From: a virus
Lineage: Duplodnaviria > Caudoviricetes
DNA length: 26,723 bases
Virus record (IMG/VR): IMGVR_UViG_3300030107_005542
Coordinates: 1-26,723 of that record
Strand: one strand, 5' to 3'
A program made the translations under genes and the position numbers. The notes under the pieces are model-generated. The model was not told the DNA's origin, ran no database searches, and saw nothing but the letters and a program-made list of their open reading frames with translations. Positions 10,501 through 19,000 of this stretch are shown in pieces (position 1 is the stretch's first letter; every line of letters starts with the position of its first letter).

Positions 10501-12238
10501 CAGCCGATTGTATTAATCCTGGTTTTCCAACATTTTGAGTTAAATTAGGCATATTTTCTTGCCACTGTTGTTGTGTATAATCTGTATATACAGCTCCAGG
10601 AACACTCATTCCTTCAGTTCCTATAGAATAAGGTACTTGACGAAATGACTTCTTACCACTAGGATGTATTACTGTTTGCATTTTATAAGACATACTTGGA
10701 ATTTTTGCTGCTTCAGCTTGATTCTCTTTTATTTTTTGTTGTGTTTCTGCATAATTAGAATCTATATTGTATGGAGGAATTGATGAAACATTAGTAGTAG
10801 GTATATTTCTAGTTTGTTGCTTTTCTGGCCATGGCAGGAACATACCCCAAAAATCCCGATTCTCTGGCCCCGCACCATAATCCTCCTTCATTGAAAAAGT
10901 AAAATCTTTCCAATCTACCGTTCCATCATCACGTGTATGTTCCTTCTCATATTTTAATATATGGGCTAATTCTTGAGGATTTAGAGCTGTACGATTATAC
11001 TGCTCTAGCCATTCCGCTTGACTTTGTTTATTAGGAGTTCTCTTCATTAAAGCATCCCAATTTTCTGCTTGATGCCTTCTAGCAAAAGAATCTTTTGCTA
11101 AATCAGTTATACCTAACTTATCATATATTTTGTTTGCTATTATATGTTGTCTTCCAAATATATGATCATTCATTCGATCATCTCCCCCTGTAATTGTATC
11201 ATATTTAGGATCATTTGGATCTGGAACCCCTATAGAAGTATCTTTATCCCGATGAAAGACGTCTCTTCCGAATCTATTTATAATGTCTTCAAGTTCTTTT
11301 TGACCCCCATCATAATAGTCGTAGTATTCATTAAATGGAAGAAAAGGATTGGCTTCCACTTCTTTTATATTTTGTACAGGCATATTATCTCCTGCTTGGT
11401 AACTATTTACTATACCTCCATATTTAGCATAAGCAGTTAACTTATTTTTTGCTTCTTGTCTTCTTCTATCTTCTTCAAGATCTTGATCAATATAATATGT
11501 AGCTATTTGACTAGGATCTGTAAAAACTTTAGTTATATCTGTAATTTCTTGAGCTTCTTTATCAGTAGACCCAAAAGCTGATGCTATTTCTCCTGCAAGA
11601 GCCCCTGTTCCTTCTGTTAAACCTCTTCCTGCCTCACTAAATTGACCAACAACAGGAACATCCCTGATAACGTTTTTTACTCCTTCCATAGTCTCTGCTG
11701 ACGAGTCAGCATTACTAAAATCATCTATAGCTTGTGTTACTGTTCCTACATAATTCGTTGCTTGACCTACTCCTTTACCCACTTTTGAAGTATTTTGTGC
11801 CAACGTAGAATCAGGAAGTTCTGTATTAGTACTAAAATTTCCTACTCCAGCATCTGACATTAATTGTTCATTAGCTTGAGTCTTCCATGTATTTTGTGTC
11901 CAAGGATTAGTCAACATACCCGATTCTCCTCCTCCTTGTGGATTATAAAGCATATCTTGTCCCATTGTATATTGAGATGTTGTATCTAAACTCCAAGGAT
12001 TATATAATCCATAATTAGGATCATTAGACATACGAGGATCATATTGATGAATATTAGGCTGGTTTAAAGACCTATTTGGGGTTATATAATTAGAAAAAAT
12101 ACTTTGACTAGTATCTTCATTAGGATTAAATCCTATAAAATTTGCTGCATAAGGACTAGGCATTTGTGATCCTTTTGCATAAACATTTCTTTTTTTACCT
12201 CCTTTTTTATACGAGTTTTTTTTCTTATAAGATTTCAT
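7565..12238 (-). CDS. Modular virion cargo protein (1557 aa) with repeated xxGG / GGNIHQ linkers
   Basis: Contains GGTHEENPLGGIPQG...PNLVEEGE, which I recognise from crAss-like internal proteins. Also a helical Asn/Gln/Ala-rich C-terminus and about 9 xxGG linkers, including four GGNIHQ copies. Confidence 0.65.
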   Translation of the reverse strand: MKSYKKKNSYKKGGKKRNVYAKGSQMPSPYAANFIGFNPNEDTSQSIFSNYITPNRSLNQPNIHQYDPRMSNDPNYGLYNPWSLDTTSQYTMGQDMLYNPQGGGESGMLTNPWTQNTWKTQANEQLMSDAGVGNFSTNTELPDSTLAQNTSKVGKGVGQATNYVGTVTQAIDDFSNADSSAETMEGVKNVIRDVPVVGQFSEAGRGLTEGTGALAGEIASAFGSTDKEAQEITDITKVFTDPSQIATYYIDQDLEEDRRRQEAKNKLTAYAKYGGIVNSYQAGDNMPVQNIKEVEANPFLPFNEYYDYYDGGQKELEDIINRFGRDVFHRDKDTSIGVPDPNDPKYDTITGGDDRMNDHIFGRQHIIANKIYDKLGITDLAKDSFARRHQAENWDALMKRTPNKQSQAEWLEQYNRTALNPQELAHILKYEKEHTRDDGTVDWKDFTFSMKEDYGAGPENRDFWGMFLPWPEKQQTRNIPTTNVSSIPPYNIDSNYAETQQKIKENQAEAAKIPSMSYKMQTVIHPSGKKSFRQVPYSIGTEGMSVPGAVYTDYTQQQWQENMPNLTQNVGKPGLIQSADQKSQILKNLETGQYGYDNLHLFDTKQTPWVKPKEVETNIETNASFNYGGNMFNNYAGGGNMFNNDGFGVNTMNQIPVNEFRAGGTHEENPLGGIPQGIGPNGAPNLVEEGELKIPDPRDPSGNSSFIVSAQKDMKITKAIAEKYNLKKHIGKTLLETANAVLRKNDLFPREGDTIKQNSIDQELIAFMNAHEELTAMKEAKESAKFQEKLGDLAEEFPQQMDAMMQPPQEAMTQQGMPQGIPMGMPPMGMPIAKYGGNIHQYNPNLVKKAKEANPNLKKNIKLDSTVYINPGTFSKKDLEKLKKKDKKQFGGNIHQVDSNMRNVYQGPLTEADVTSLDQMYATTVDPEIPFAPTTRPNYRSILSDEEAQKNEAFRRRAFENYARSGSGDVNFYAQKGDPSVGYRGYSDDMMREAMKYANIDLDSEEGRRLRARDEQDIIDYKGFFNMYGGNIHQINSHMRNKGDGIYIYDDKRYKRQNGKWFKEIKADSGNFVPLTKGDVKKRSAVLDKEAQLSLHSFPLHLQVFDEKGMPIQGAQIDTSGYSSDTAGGLRTDELYPMFLKDRGTISPAMTSQKLHQYDIDYILRQKLDEDEGTKDKPISIFRDEWEKYRKGPYRPTSTLPLKNGGNIHQYNPNMANATSAFLSTASPTALDVYGNIINMSPQEQIDLNKSLAKEQKQMQEGINLLLNPFSDTPESSFDYTKLNDPRFGGTVDYNELYTPSKIFDAQEMPAKEGGEGGEEKDLVTEEQRQIEELKKQNKDLQQLIKDYKKLNRLESKDPENTKTIENKRSIMDQIAKGLPVLSNLAMGLFGKSATLDLPNVSDITLDRFNPNETLKKVKRSYAAARKATKDLRSNPGAYFASRQALANREAESIANVMDQFNRMNTQVDMREKGLNRQGELANIQNLMRSQQYGDMASAAQTNMLLEGVKQLGQIGASNESNKLAKLYNQMYAPDYNVEDTWSWFGRYGGKIKKNKK
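8588..9739 (-). repeat. Four dispersed copies of an in-frame xxGGNIHQ linker
   Basis: KYGGNIHQYNPN (~9704-9739), QFGGNIHQVDSNMRN (~9530-9574), MYGGNIHQINSHMRN (~9116-9160) and KNGGNIHQYNPNMAN (~8588-8632), with unrelated sequence between them. Confidence 0.9.
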
Positions 12239-12256
12239 AGAATTTATTTTATTCTT

Positions 12257-15200
12257 TTAATAATTTTTTATAATCCCCCCATATTTTCTAAATAATTGTC
12301 CTTGTCCAAATTGTACTCTTTGTTTAGGAGCAGGCATACTAATATCTAATTTGTCAATATACGGATTTTTTTTGTCTAATTTAACATTTTGGTTCATTAC
12401 ATTTTGTATTTCATAATCTACAGCATTCAATGTAATAGGCCCTGATATACTTTTTAATTTATTTAAAACATTAAATCTTTGATCTTTAGATAATGAATTA
12501 GCAATAATATTTTTTTGTTGTTCTGGTAAACTATTAAAGACTTGAGCATTAGTTTTATCAGACTTAGATTTAATAGGTTCTTTATCAGACTTAACTTTAG
12601 TAGATCCTACAATATTAAAGTTATTAAATTCTTTTTCATCTAATAAAGGTTTTGCTGTATTTCTTAAAGCTTTTAAATAATCTGCACCAGTAGCGTATTT
12701 TGCTTCATCTAATGCTGTAGCAAACTCAGAAGACGTTTTTGTTTTTAAAGCTTTTTTATATCTAGAATTAGTTTCTAAAAAAGCTTTATGTGCTAAAAAT
12801 CCTGCAACAGGATCATCAAAAGTCATAAAAGAAGACTTTTGTTTTATTCTTTTTCCTCCTATATCTTCTTCTGTTTGGTATTTTGGCCCAGCAAAAACAT
12901 TAAGTCCATATTTATTAGCAAGTCTTTTACGTACTGATTCACTATGAGATTTAATACCAAAAAAATTATTTTGTTTTGTAGCTAAAACACTTCGTCCATG
13001 AGTAGATTCTAAAGCCCATTGTGCAGCAACAATTTTAGCTTGAGAAGGAGGATATCCTACAGCTTCTGCTAATAAAAATGCTTCATTAATAGAAGTAGGA
13101 GCTTCTTTACCTAAATTATACCATTGTTGTAATTTAGAAGTATTTACTCCTTCTATGTTAAAATATTTATTATTATTTGAAACTTTTTTAGGACTAATAG
13201 GCCCTCCGTCTTGATAATTATTTTCTTTAGAAATCATAGTCCCTCCATATTTTTTTGAATTTATTAAAGTTCTAATACCTTCTTGAAAATCTTTTACTCT
13301 TTTAGGAGTTTGTGTATTCCATTTACTATCAGCAGCTTCTATAGCAGCTTCTTTAAATTTTCCTTCTTTTAAAAAGTCCCAAGTTTTTGTATGTTTTGTA
13401 TTCCAAGCAGGCCCTAATTGAAAATTTACAGATGCTAAAGAATTAATAAATTTAGGATTATCTACTTTTAATTCTTTAGCTTGTTTTAGTGCTGCTTTAT
13501 AAGCTTTTTTACTATCTTCTTTATACCATTTTTCTATTAATGATGGAGGAATAATTGTTCCTAAAGGATATTGCTTTTTTTCTGCAGAACTCATTAAATG
13601 TCCTATACCTCCTGTTAGTTTACCTTCACTATCAAGATAAGATTTATTTCTTATTCCTTCTCTTAATCTTAAATGATCTAAATATTCTTGAGGTAATTCT
13701 TTTGGCATTATATAACGAGGATCTTCAAAAACTCTAGCATCTCTATCTATATTACTAAGTCTTGTAGGATCTGTTATAGTAACATATTTTCCTCCAGTAT
13801 TAGGCCCTTTAATTTGCCAATAGTTACCTGCTTTACGATAAAAATGATCAGGTCTATAAGATTTACCTTTATTATTATAAACTTGATATTCTAAACCATC
13901 AGCAGGTCTTAAAGGAATATTAATAGGTTGATTTAATTTAAGAGCATTTATATTTATACCAGGGTTAGCATCTATTAAATTTTGTTTAGACATATTATGT
14001 CTATTAGCTATACCATAAAATGTATCTCCTGATTTAACATTATATATGTTACCTCCCTTTTGTTTTGTATTTACTTCATCATTAACTGTAGCCCCCATAA
14101 TACCTGCTGCTCCTCCTATAGGTAATAAAGATTTATAAATATTAGGATTAGTCATATCAAACATTCCATCATTACCTATAGCTGATTTTAGTTGTTTATT
14201 AGTTGGAAAAACAATTTCCCAAGCTTGCTCAATTGGTCTAATATTACTTATACCTCTTTGTTGATTTTTTATTGCAACATCATAATCTAAAAGTCGATCA
14301 ATTTTTGGAGTTCCTTTTCTATGAAAATTAAAAAGACTTGCAGGTAAATTTTTATCTTTTAGTTCTCCAACTTTACCAAATCCTATATCTCCTCCAGAGT
14401 TATCTATTAATTGTTTTGAAGTTATAGGGTTGTTTCCTTTTCCATATAATTCATAAAGAGTAGGTTCAATATCCCCGCTATGAAACCTTTGGCCAGATAA
14501 TGTATAGCTTTCTGCAGTTGATTTAGTAGGTGTTGTATATATTCCTGACCCAGAAAAACCTGAATCACCTAATTGAAACATTGATTCATCAAATGCCTCA
14601 AACCTTTTAGGGGATCCATGATAAATTATCATAGGTGAGCCATCTGGATTTACTAATTTAGATTTCCCAAAAGCTTTTTTAAAGTTTTGACTTTGTTGCT
14701 GTACAAATTGTTCAGGAGTACCAGTAAATTTAGAACCATCAGGGTTTTTCATCCAAGTACCAGCTTTCTTAGTTCTATGTTCAATAGAACGATACTCATC
14801 CATTAATGGTTTATTTTTAGGTATATCTTTATTCCATTTACCCCAATTTATTTCTGATTTAAAAGATTTAGGAGCATTTAATTTACCTGTTGGTATATTT
14901 TTTACTGCAGGAATTGTAAGAGGAGATGCTATAAGAAAATCTAAACCAGCAGTACCCGCAGTAGACCATGAAGGATTTTTTATAAACTCAGGGCCTGATT
15001 TTGTTGCTAAGTTTGTAGCACCTTGCATACCCATTATACTCATACCTATAGGAGTAAAAGATGCAGGAATAGAAAACAAATTAGCCATTTGTTGTCTAGC
15101 AATAGGTACATTATGAGCTACTTGTTCTCTCCACATTTCTTTATCTCTCTCTGGAGTAACCCATTGAGTAGTACCTGCTAAATCTTTACCATAAGGATTC

Positions 15201-16057
15201 CAAGCGTCTTCATTTGGAATAATATGAGGTACTAAACCTTTTTCTCTTAGGTACTGTTCTTGAATACTGTTATATCTTGTTTGTAACTCTTCGTCATGGT
15301 AGTTACCTAATTTTAACTGATCTAAGACAGAGAATTCTTTTTTACGTTCTAAAGCTAATTTTTTCTTTTTTGGATCTACTTTAGTTTGTTGACTTTTATT
15401 TAATTTATGTAATTGCTGTGTAGTAGGATCGTAACCCCATTTACCAGAATACACTCTTTTTCTAATTAAATCATTATAGTCAGGATTATCATGATATACT
15501 GCATGACTATCAAAATAATCAGAATTATTTTTATAAGTTAATAGATTACCTCCTTTTTGATAAACAGTAGGAGGAGCATCAGTAGTATCTCTATAGATAG
15601 GAGTTCCTGAATCTTGATAATATGTAGGAATATTAGGAACAGACCCTCCGTATTTTACCATTAAAGGAGTTTCTTTAACATAACCACTTTTACTAGGAGG
15701 TACTTGATTTAATCCTGAGTAAGGTTCTAGTCTTTGACCGTTAGCCATTATAGGCATTCCTACATTAGACATATCTATAAAACCTTCTGGAGAATAAATA
15801 TTTAAACTTCCTGAATTACGAAAAGGAGAATCATCTCTATATCCCATAGTGCTTACTATATCTCCTCCTTCTCTTTTTTTATTCCATTTACTAGCGTTTC
15901 TTGCAAAGATAGCTTTCCTCACCATTTTTGGAGAATACTCATCTTTATTATTTAAAACCATATCAGTAAATTGCTTTACAGTTTTATTACGTTTATTAGC
16001 AGCACTAGTAAAAGTACCACGTTTAGAAGGGTCGATATATATTTTATTTTTTGCCAT
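12257..16057 (-). CDS. Polyvalent virion protein (1266 aa): basic N-terminal module, ADP-ribosyltransferase-like domain, LysM, T4-type (GH24) lysozyme, GH73 glucosaminidase/muramidase
   Basis: Domain motifs are detailed in the sub-features. Start overlaps the muzzle stop (TAATG at 16055-16059). Modules are separated by REGG, KYGG, QKGG, QKGG, KYGG/QDGG and KYGG. Confidence 0.85.
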   Translation of the reverse strand: MAKNKIYIDPSKRGTFTSAANKRNKTVKQFTDMVLNNKDEYSPKMVRKAIFARNASKWNKKREGGDIVSTMGYRDDSPFRNSGSLNIYSPEGFIDMSNVGMPIMANGQRLEPYSGLNQVPPSKSGYVKETPLMVKYGGSVPNIPTYYQDSGTPIYRDTTDAPPTVYQKGGNLLTYKNNSDYFDSHAVYHDNPDYNDLIRKRVYSGKWGYDPTTQQLHKLNKSQQTKVDPKKKKLALERKKEFSVLDQLKLGNYHDEELQTRYNSIQEQYLREKGLVPHIIPNEDAWNPYGKDLAGTTQWVTPERDKEMWREQVAHNVPIARQQMANLFSIPASFTPIGMSIMGMQGATNLATKSGPEFIKNPSWSTAGTAGLDFLIASPLTIPAVKNIPTGKLNAPKSFKSEINWGKWNKDIPKNKPLMDEYRSIEHRTKKAGTWMKNPDGSKFTGTPEQFVQQQSQNFKKAFGKSKLVNPDGSPMIIYHGSPKRFEAFDESMFQLGDSGFSGSGIYTTPTKSTAESYTLSGQRFHSGDIEPTLYELYGKGNNPITSKQLIDNSGGDIGFGKVGELKDKNLPASLFNFHRKGTPKIDRLLDYDVAIKNQQRGISNIRPIEQAWEIVFPTNKQLKSAIGNDGMFDMTNPNIYKSLLPIGGAAGIMGATVNDEVNTKQKGGNIYNVKSGDTFYGIANRHNMSKQNLIDANPGININALKLNQPINIPLRPADGLEYQVYNNKGKSYRPDHFYRKAGNYWQIKGPNTGGKYVTITDPTRLSNIDRDARVFEDPRYIMPKELPQEYLDHLRLREGIRNKSYLDSEGKLTGGIGHLMSSAEKKQYPLGTIIPPSLIEKWYKEDSKKAYKAALKQAKELKVDNPKFINSLASVNFQLGPAWNTKHTKTWDFLKEGKFKEAAIEAADSKWNTQTPKRVKDFQEGIRTLINSKKYGGTMISKENNYQDGGPISPKKVSNNNKYFNIEGVNTSKLQQWYNLGKEAPTSINEAFLLAEAVGYPPSQAKIVAAQWALESTHGRSVLATKQNNFFGIKSHSESVRKRLANKYGLNVFAGPKYQTEEDIGGKRIKQKSSFMTFDDPVAGFLAHKAFLETNSRYKKALKTKTSSEFATALDEAKYATGADYLKALRNTAKPLLDEKEFNNFNIVGSTKVKSDKEPIKSKSDKTNAQVFNSLPEQQKNIIANSLSKDQRFNVLNKLKSISGPITLNAVDYEIQNVMNQNVKLDKKNPYIDKLDISMPAPKQRVQFGQGQLFRKYGGIIKNY
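12655..13090 (-). other. GH73 (FlgJ/glucosaminidase-like) peptidoglycan hydrolase domain
   Basis: AAQWALES (catalytic Glu), NNFFGIK and YATGADY match the GH73 signature motifs. Confidence 0.85.
13265..13690 (-). other. T4-lysozyme-like (GH24) muramidase domain
   Basis: REGIRNKSYLDSEGKLTGGIGHL has the E-x8-D-x5-T spacing of T4 lysozyme E11/D20/T26. FQLG and DSKWNTQTPKR parallel T4 lysozyme FQMG and SRWYNQTPNR. Confidence 0.9.
13914..14050 (-). other. LysM peptidoglycan-binding domain
   Basis: YNVKSGDTFYGIANRHNMSKQNLIDANPGININALKLNQPINIP is a canonical LysM pattern. Confidence 0.9.
14137..14700 (-). other. ADP-ribosyltransferase-like domain (ART-PolyVal type)
   Basis: FKKAFGKSKLVNPDGSPMIIYHGS...GSGIYTTP...AESY...WEIVFPTNKQLKSAIGNDGMFD matches the YHG / GxYF / QIKSA-GN-G-FD pattern of ART domains in phage and plasmid polyvalent proteins. 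Confidence 0.75.
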
Positions 16058-19000
16058 TAGAACATTTGAACATCATAATAATATAAAATTCTATCAAGAA
16101 TTAATTCTTTATTATAACTATTATCAAAATATAAAGTTAATGTAAAATAAGTACTTCTTAAACGATCTTTAGCAACCCCCCCTTCAAGATTATTAACATC
16201 TCTAGGTATTTTCATTCTCCACTTATCAAATCTACGTTTAATTCTATTAGATGAAAAAGGAATTTTACCTGTATTTTGATATTCTGTTTCTACTTGAAAA
16301 GCAGTAATAGTTTGTTCTCTATCTATAACTTTATCATCATTTCTAACAATAGAATTAAATTCTATAGTTCTAAGAACTTTATTAAAGTCTGCATTTTCGT
16401 TTAAAATTAATTTAATAGACATTTCTTTTTGAACTCCATAAAATTCTCCCCAGTTACCTACATTATGTTGATATACTTTATCATTATTATCTATAGGCAT
16501 TCCTGTTGTTGAATCAATTGCAGGGTTATTATCTCCTGATAATAATATATTACCGTTTTCTAAATAAATAGTAGGAGTAGCAGAAAATCTTGTAGAAAAT
16601 TCATCTGCTACTTCATCGTATACTATAGATAAAGTATTATTAGGAGCTATTACTTGATCAGACATTCTTATTAATTCGTCTAATAATTCTTTATCCCCCA
16701 TATTTGTAGAATCACCTGAAGTATAAGAAGTTGTTATAAGATAATATATACCATTATAAACTACATATTGTCCTATAGTATAAGAAGTATTATAATTTAA
16801 AGGAGTAGATTCAAAAGTTCCTAAAAAAGTAAAAATAACTTCATTATTTATTTTATCTTTTGCAATATGAACTCCTCTATTCATTATAGGATTATCTCCT
16901 CCACTTCCATCTTTATTGTCTATATCTTTAAATAATAGAAAATCTCCTGAAAGATTTTTTAACAAACCGTGAATACCTTTTATTTCAGATAAAGGAGCAT
17001 TACTTTGATTAATTCTAAAAATCTTTTTATGGATTCCATCAAAACTATATATACCTGTATCAGTATCTGCTACTGCCCATTGATGAATAGATCCAAAATT
17101 ATTAGAAATATAAATAAAATCTTGTAATCCTTTAGCAGATCCTAATTCTGTAGGAACTCCATCTTCTGTAGAGGTTACAGCACGAGGATTAATAGAATAC
17201 CTTCCTACTCCTGTATTTTGAAAATAATATACATTATCTTTCCAGTTTATAATTCTATTAATAGGCCCATGATCTTCTACATCTATATAATCATTTATTC
17301 CAAAAATATTCCAAGAATCTATAATTTCTTCATTAATTTTTTCTTGTGAAATATAAGCACGTATATCATTTACATTACCACTTGAAAATTCATCAGGTTT
17401 AATTACATAAGCTATAGTATTAGCTTCTGCAGAATATGTAAACTCATAAGAATTTTTATACATATGTTTAGTTTTCCCCCATGTAGTTACTGTATTATCA
17501 TTTTCTTGTCTCCACATTTCTTTAGTATATCCACTAGGGCCTCCAGATACATCTTTTTCTACATGTGTTTTAGTAGTTGATCCATAAGCTAAAGCTATAT
17601 TAACTCTAGACTCTGTAACCATACAAATAGTACTGCTTTCATTTCTCATAAATCCTTGTGCTCTCCATTCTTGAAGCCATCCTAATTGCCATAATTTAGC
17701 TTTATTATAAAAATTTTCATTATTCCAAGTAGTACCTTCTTGAAAAGTCCACATATTTAAAAATATATCCCCTCCAAAAATTGTAGGAGCAAGATTAACT
17801 TTTTTTATTACAGGAGAAGCAGGCATAAAAACATTATCTTCTAAAGCAGTTTGAGTAAATCCTGAATATACTTCTGCACGAGGCATTAAAATATCTAAAA
17901 TAGGAGTACTACTTTCCATTTCAATTCTAAGAGGTCTATTTATAGGCCCATAAACATTAACATCTCCTCCTTCAATATTTAATGGCTGACATGCGGGAGT
18001 ATCAGAACCATCCCAAGTACGGAAATAATGAAATGGAGAATGGGTTCCCCAAGTTATAGAAGCACCTGTTAATGGATCTGAATCTATATATGTTAATGTA
18101 GCCATTGCTCCTGATGCTCCTTTATAAAAGGCACTATTATGAGGCCATCCTATAAGACCATTATTTGTCATTACTCCAGTTTGTCCTCCTGCCCCATCAA
18201 GATGATTATTAAGACTTATATTTGAACCTGTAGCATTACCGTTTATATCAAGAGGCCCTACTCCTAAATAAGCATAAAAATTTCTAAAATAATAAGTCTG
18301 ATTAGTATTTGAATCATCAAATCCATTAAAAGGCCCTAAATTACCGTTTAAATCTTTATTAGCGACTCCTAAAGATCCATCATTATCTTGTCTTCCGTCT
18401 GTATAATTTATAAGCTTTAAATCTTTAATATATTTAATATATTCAATAGCTTTTTTAGTAGTTGTTTTATCTACTTGACCTACAGTACGTAATTTTCTTC
18501 TACGATCTCTAGTATCATTTCCTAAATCTTCTCTATCTGTAGCATTTCCATAAGTAGCAGAATCATACCATTGATGTATATCATAAGCTTTTTTACGATT
18601 AAACATAGGATCACGACTTCTACAATTTTCAAAATATTCTTCTCCATTTTCTAAGTGATGAGGATTAGGCATTCCTACAGGGCCCCCAAAAATTCCAGAA
18701 GGACACCAAGGAAGAAGCCCTAGTCCTGGAGCAAAATTAGGAAGTCCTATAGGAGGTTTTCCAGTTAATCCTCCTGTCCAAATATAATAAGTATCATCAT
18801 CTCTTCCTGGCCAATTACTAGGATATTCTAAAGAAGAATAATAATTTCCATATCTACCTGTCATTAATAAACAAGCTCCTGAATTTATTGCCTCCATAAC
18901 TTCAGGAGTTTTATAAGAAAGATCAGCAGAAGAAAAATTAATAAATGCTCCTAAACAAGGAAAAGGGACACTTCTAATTTTTTGATTATTAAGAGTATTA

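Noticed and set aside
9068-16145. Plus-strand ORFs 9068..9418, 11144..11440, 13555..13737 and 15849..16145
   Set aside because: Fully antisense to well-supported long genes, with shadow-like composition and no motifs.
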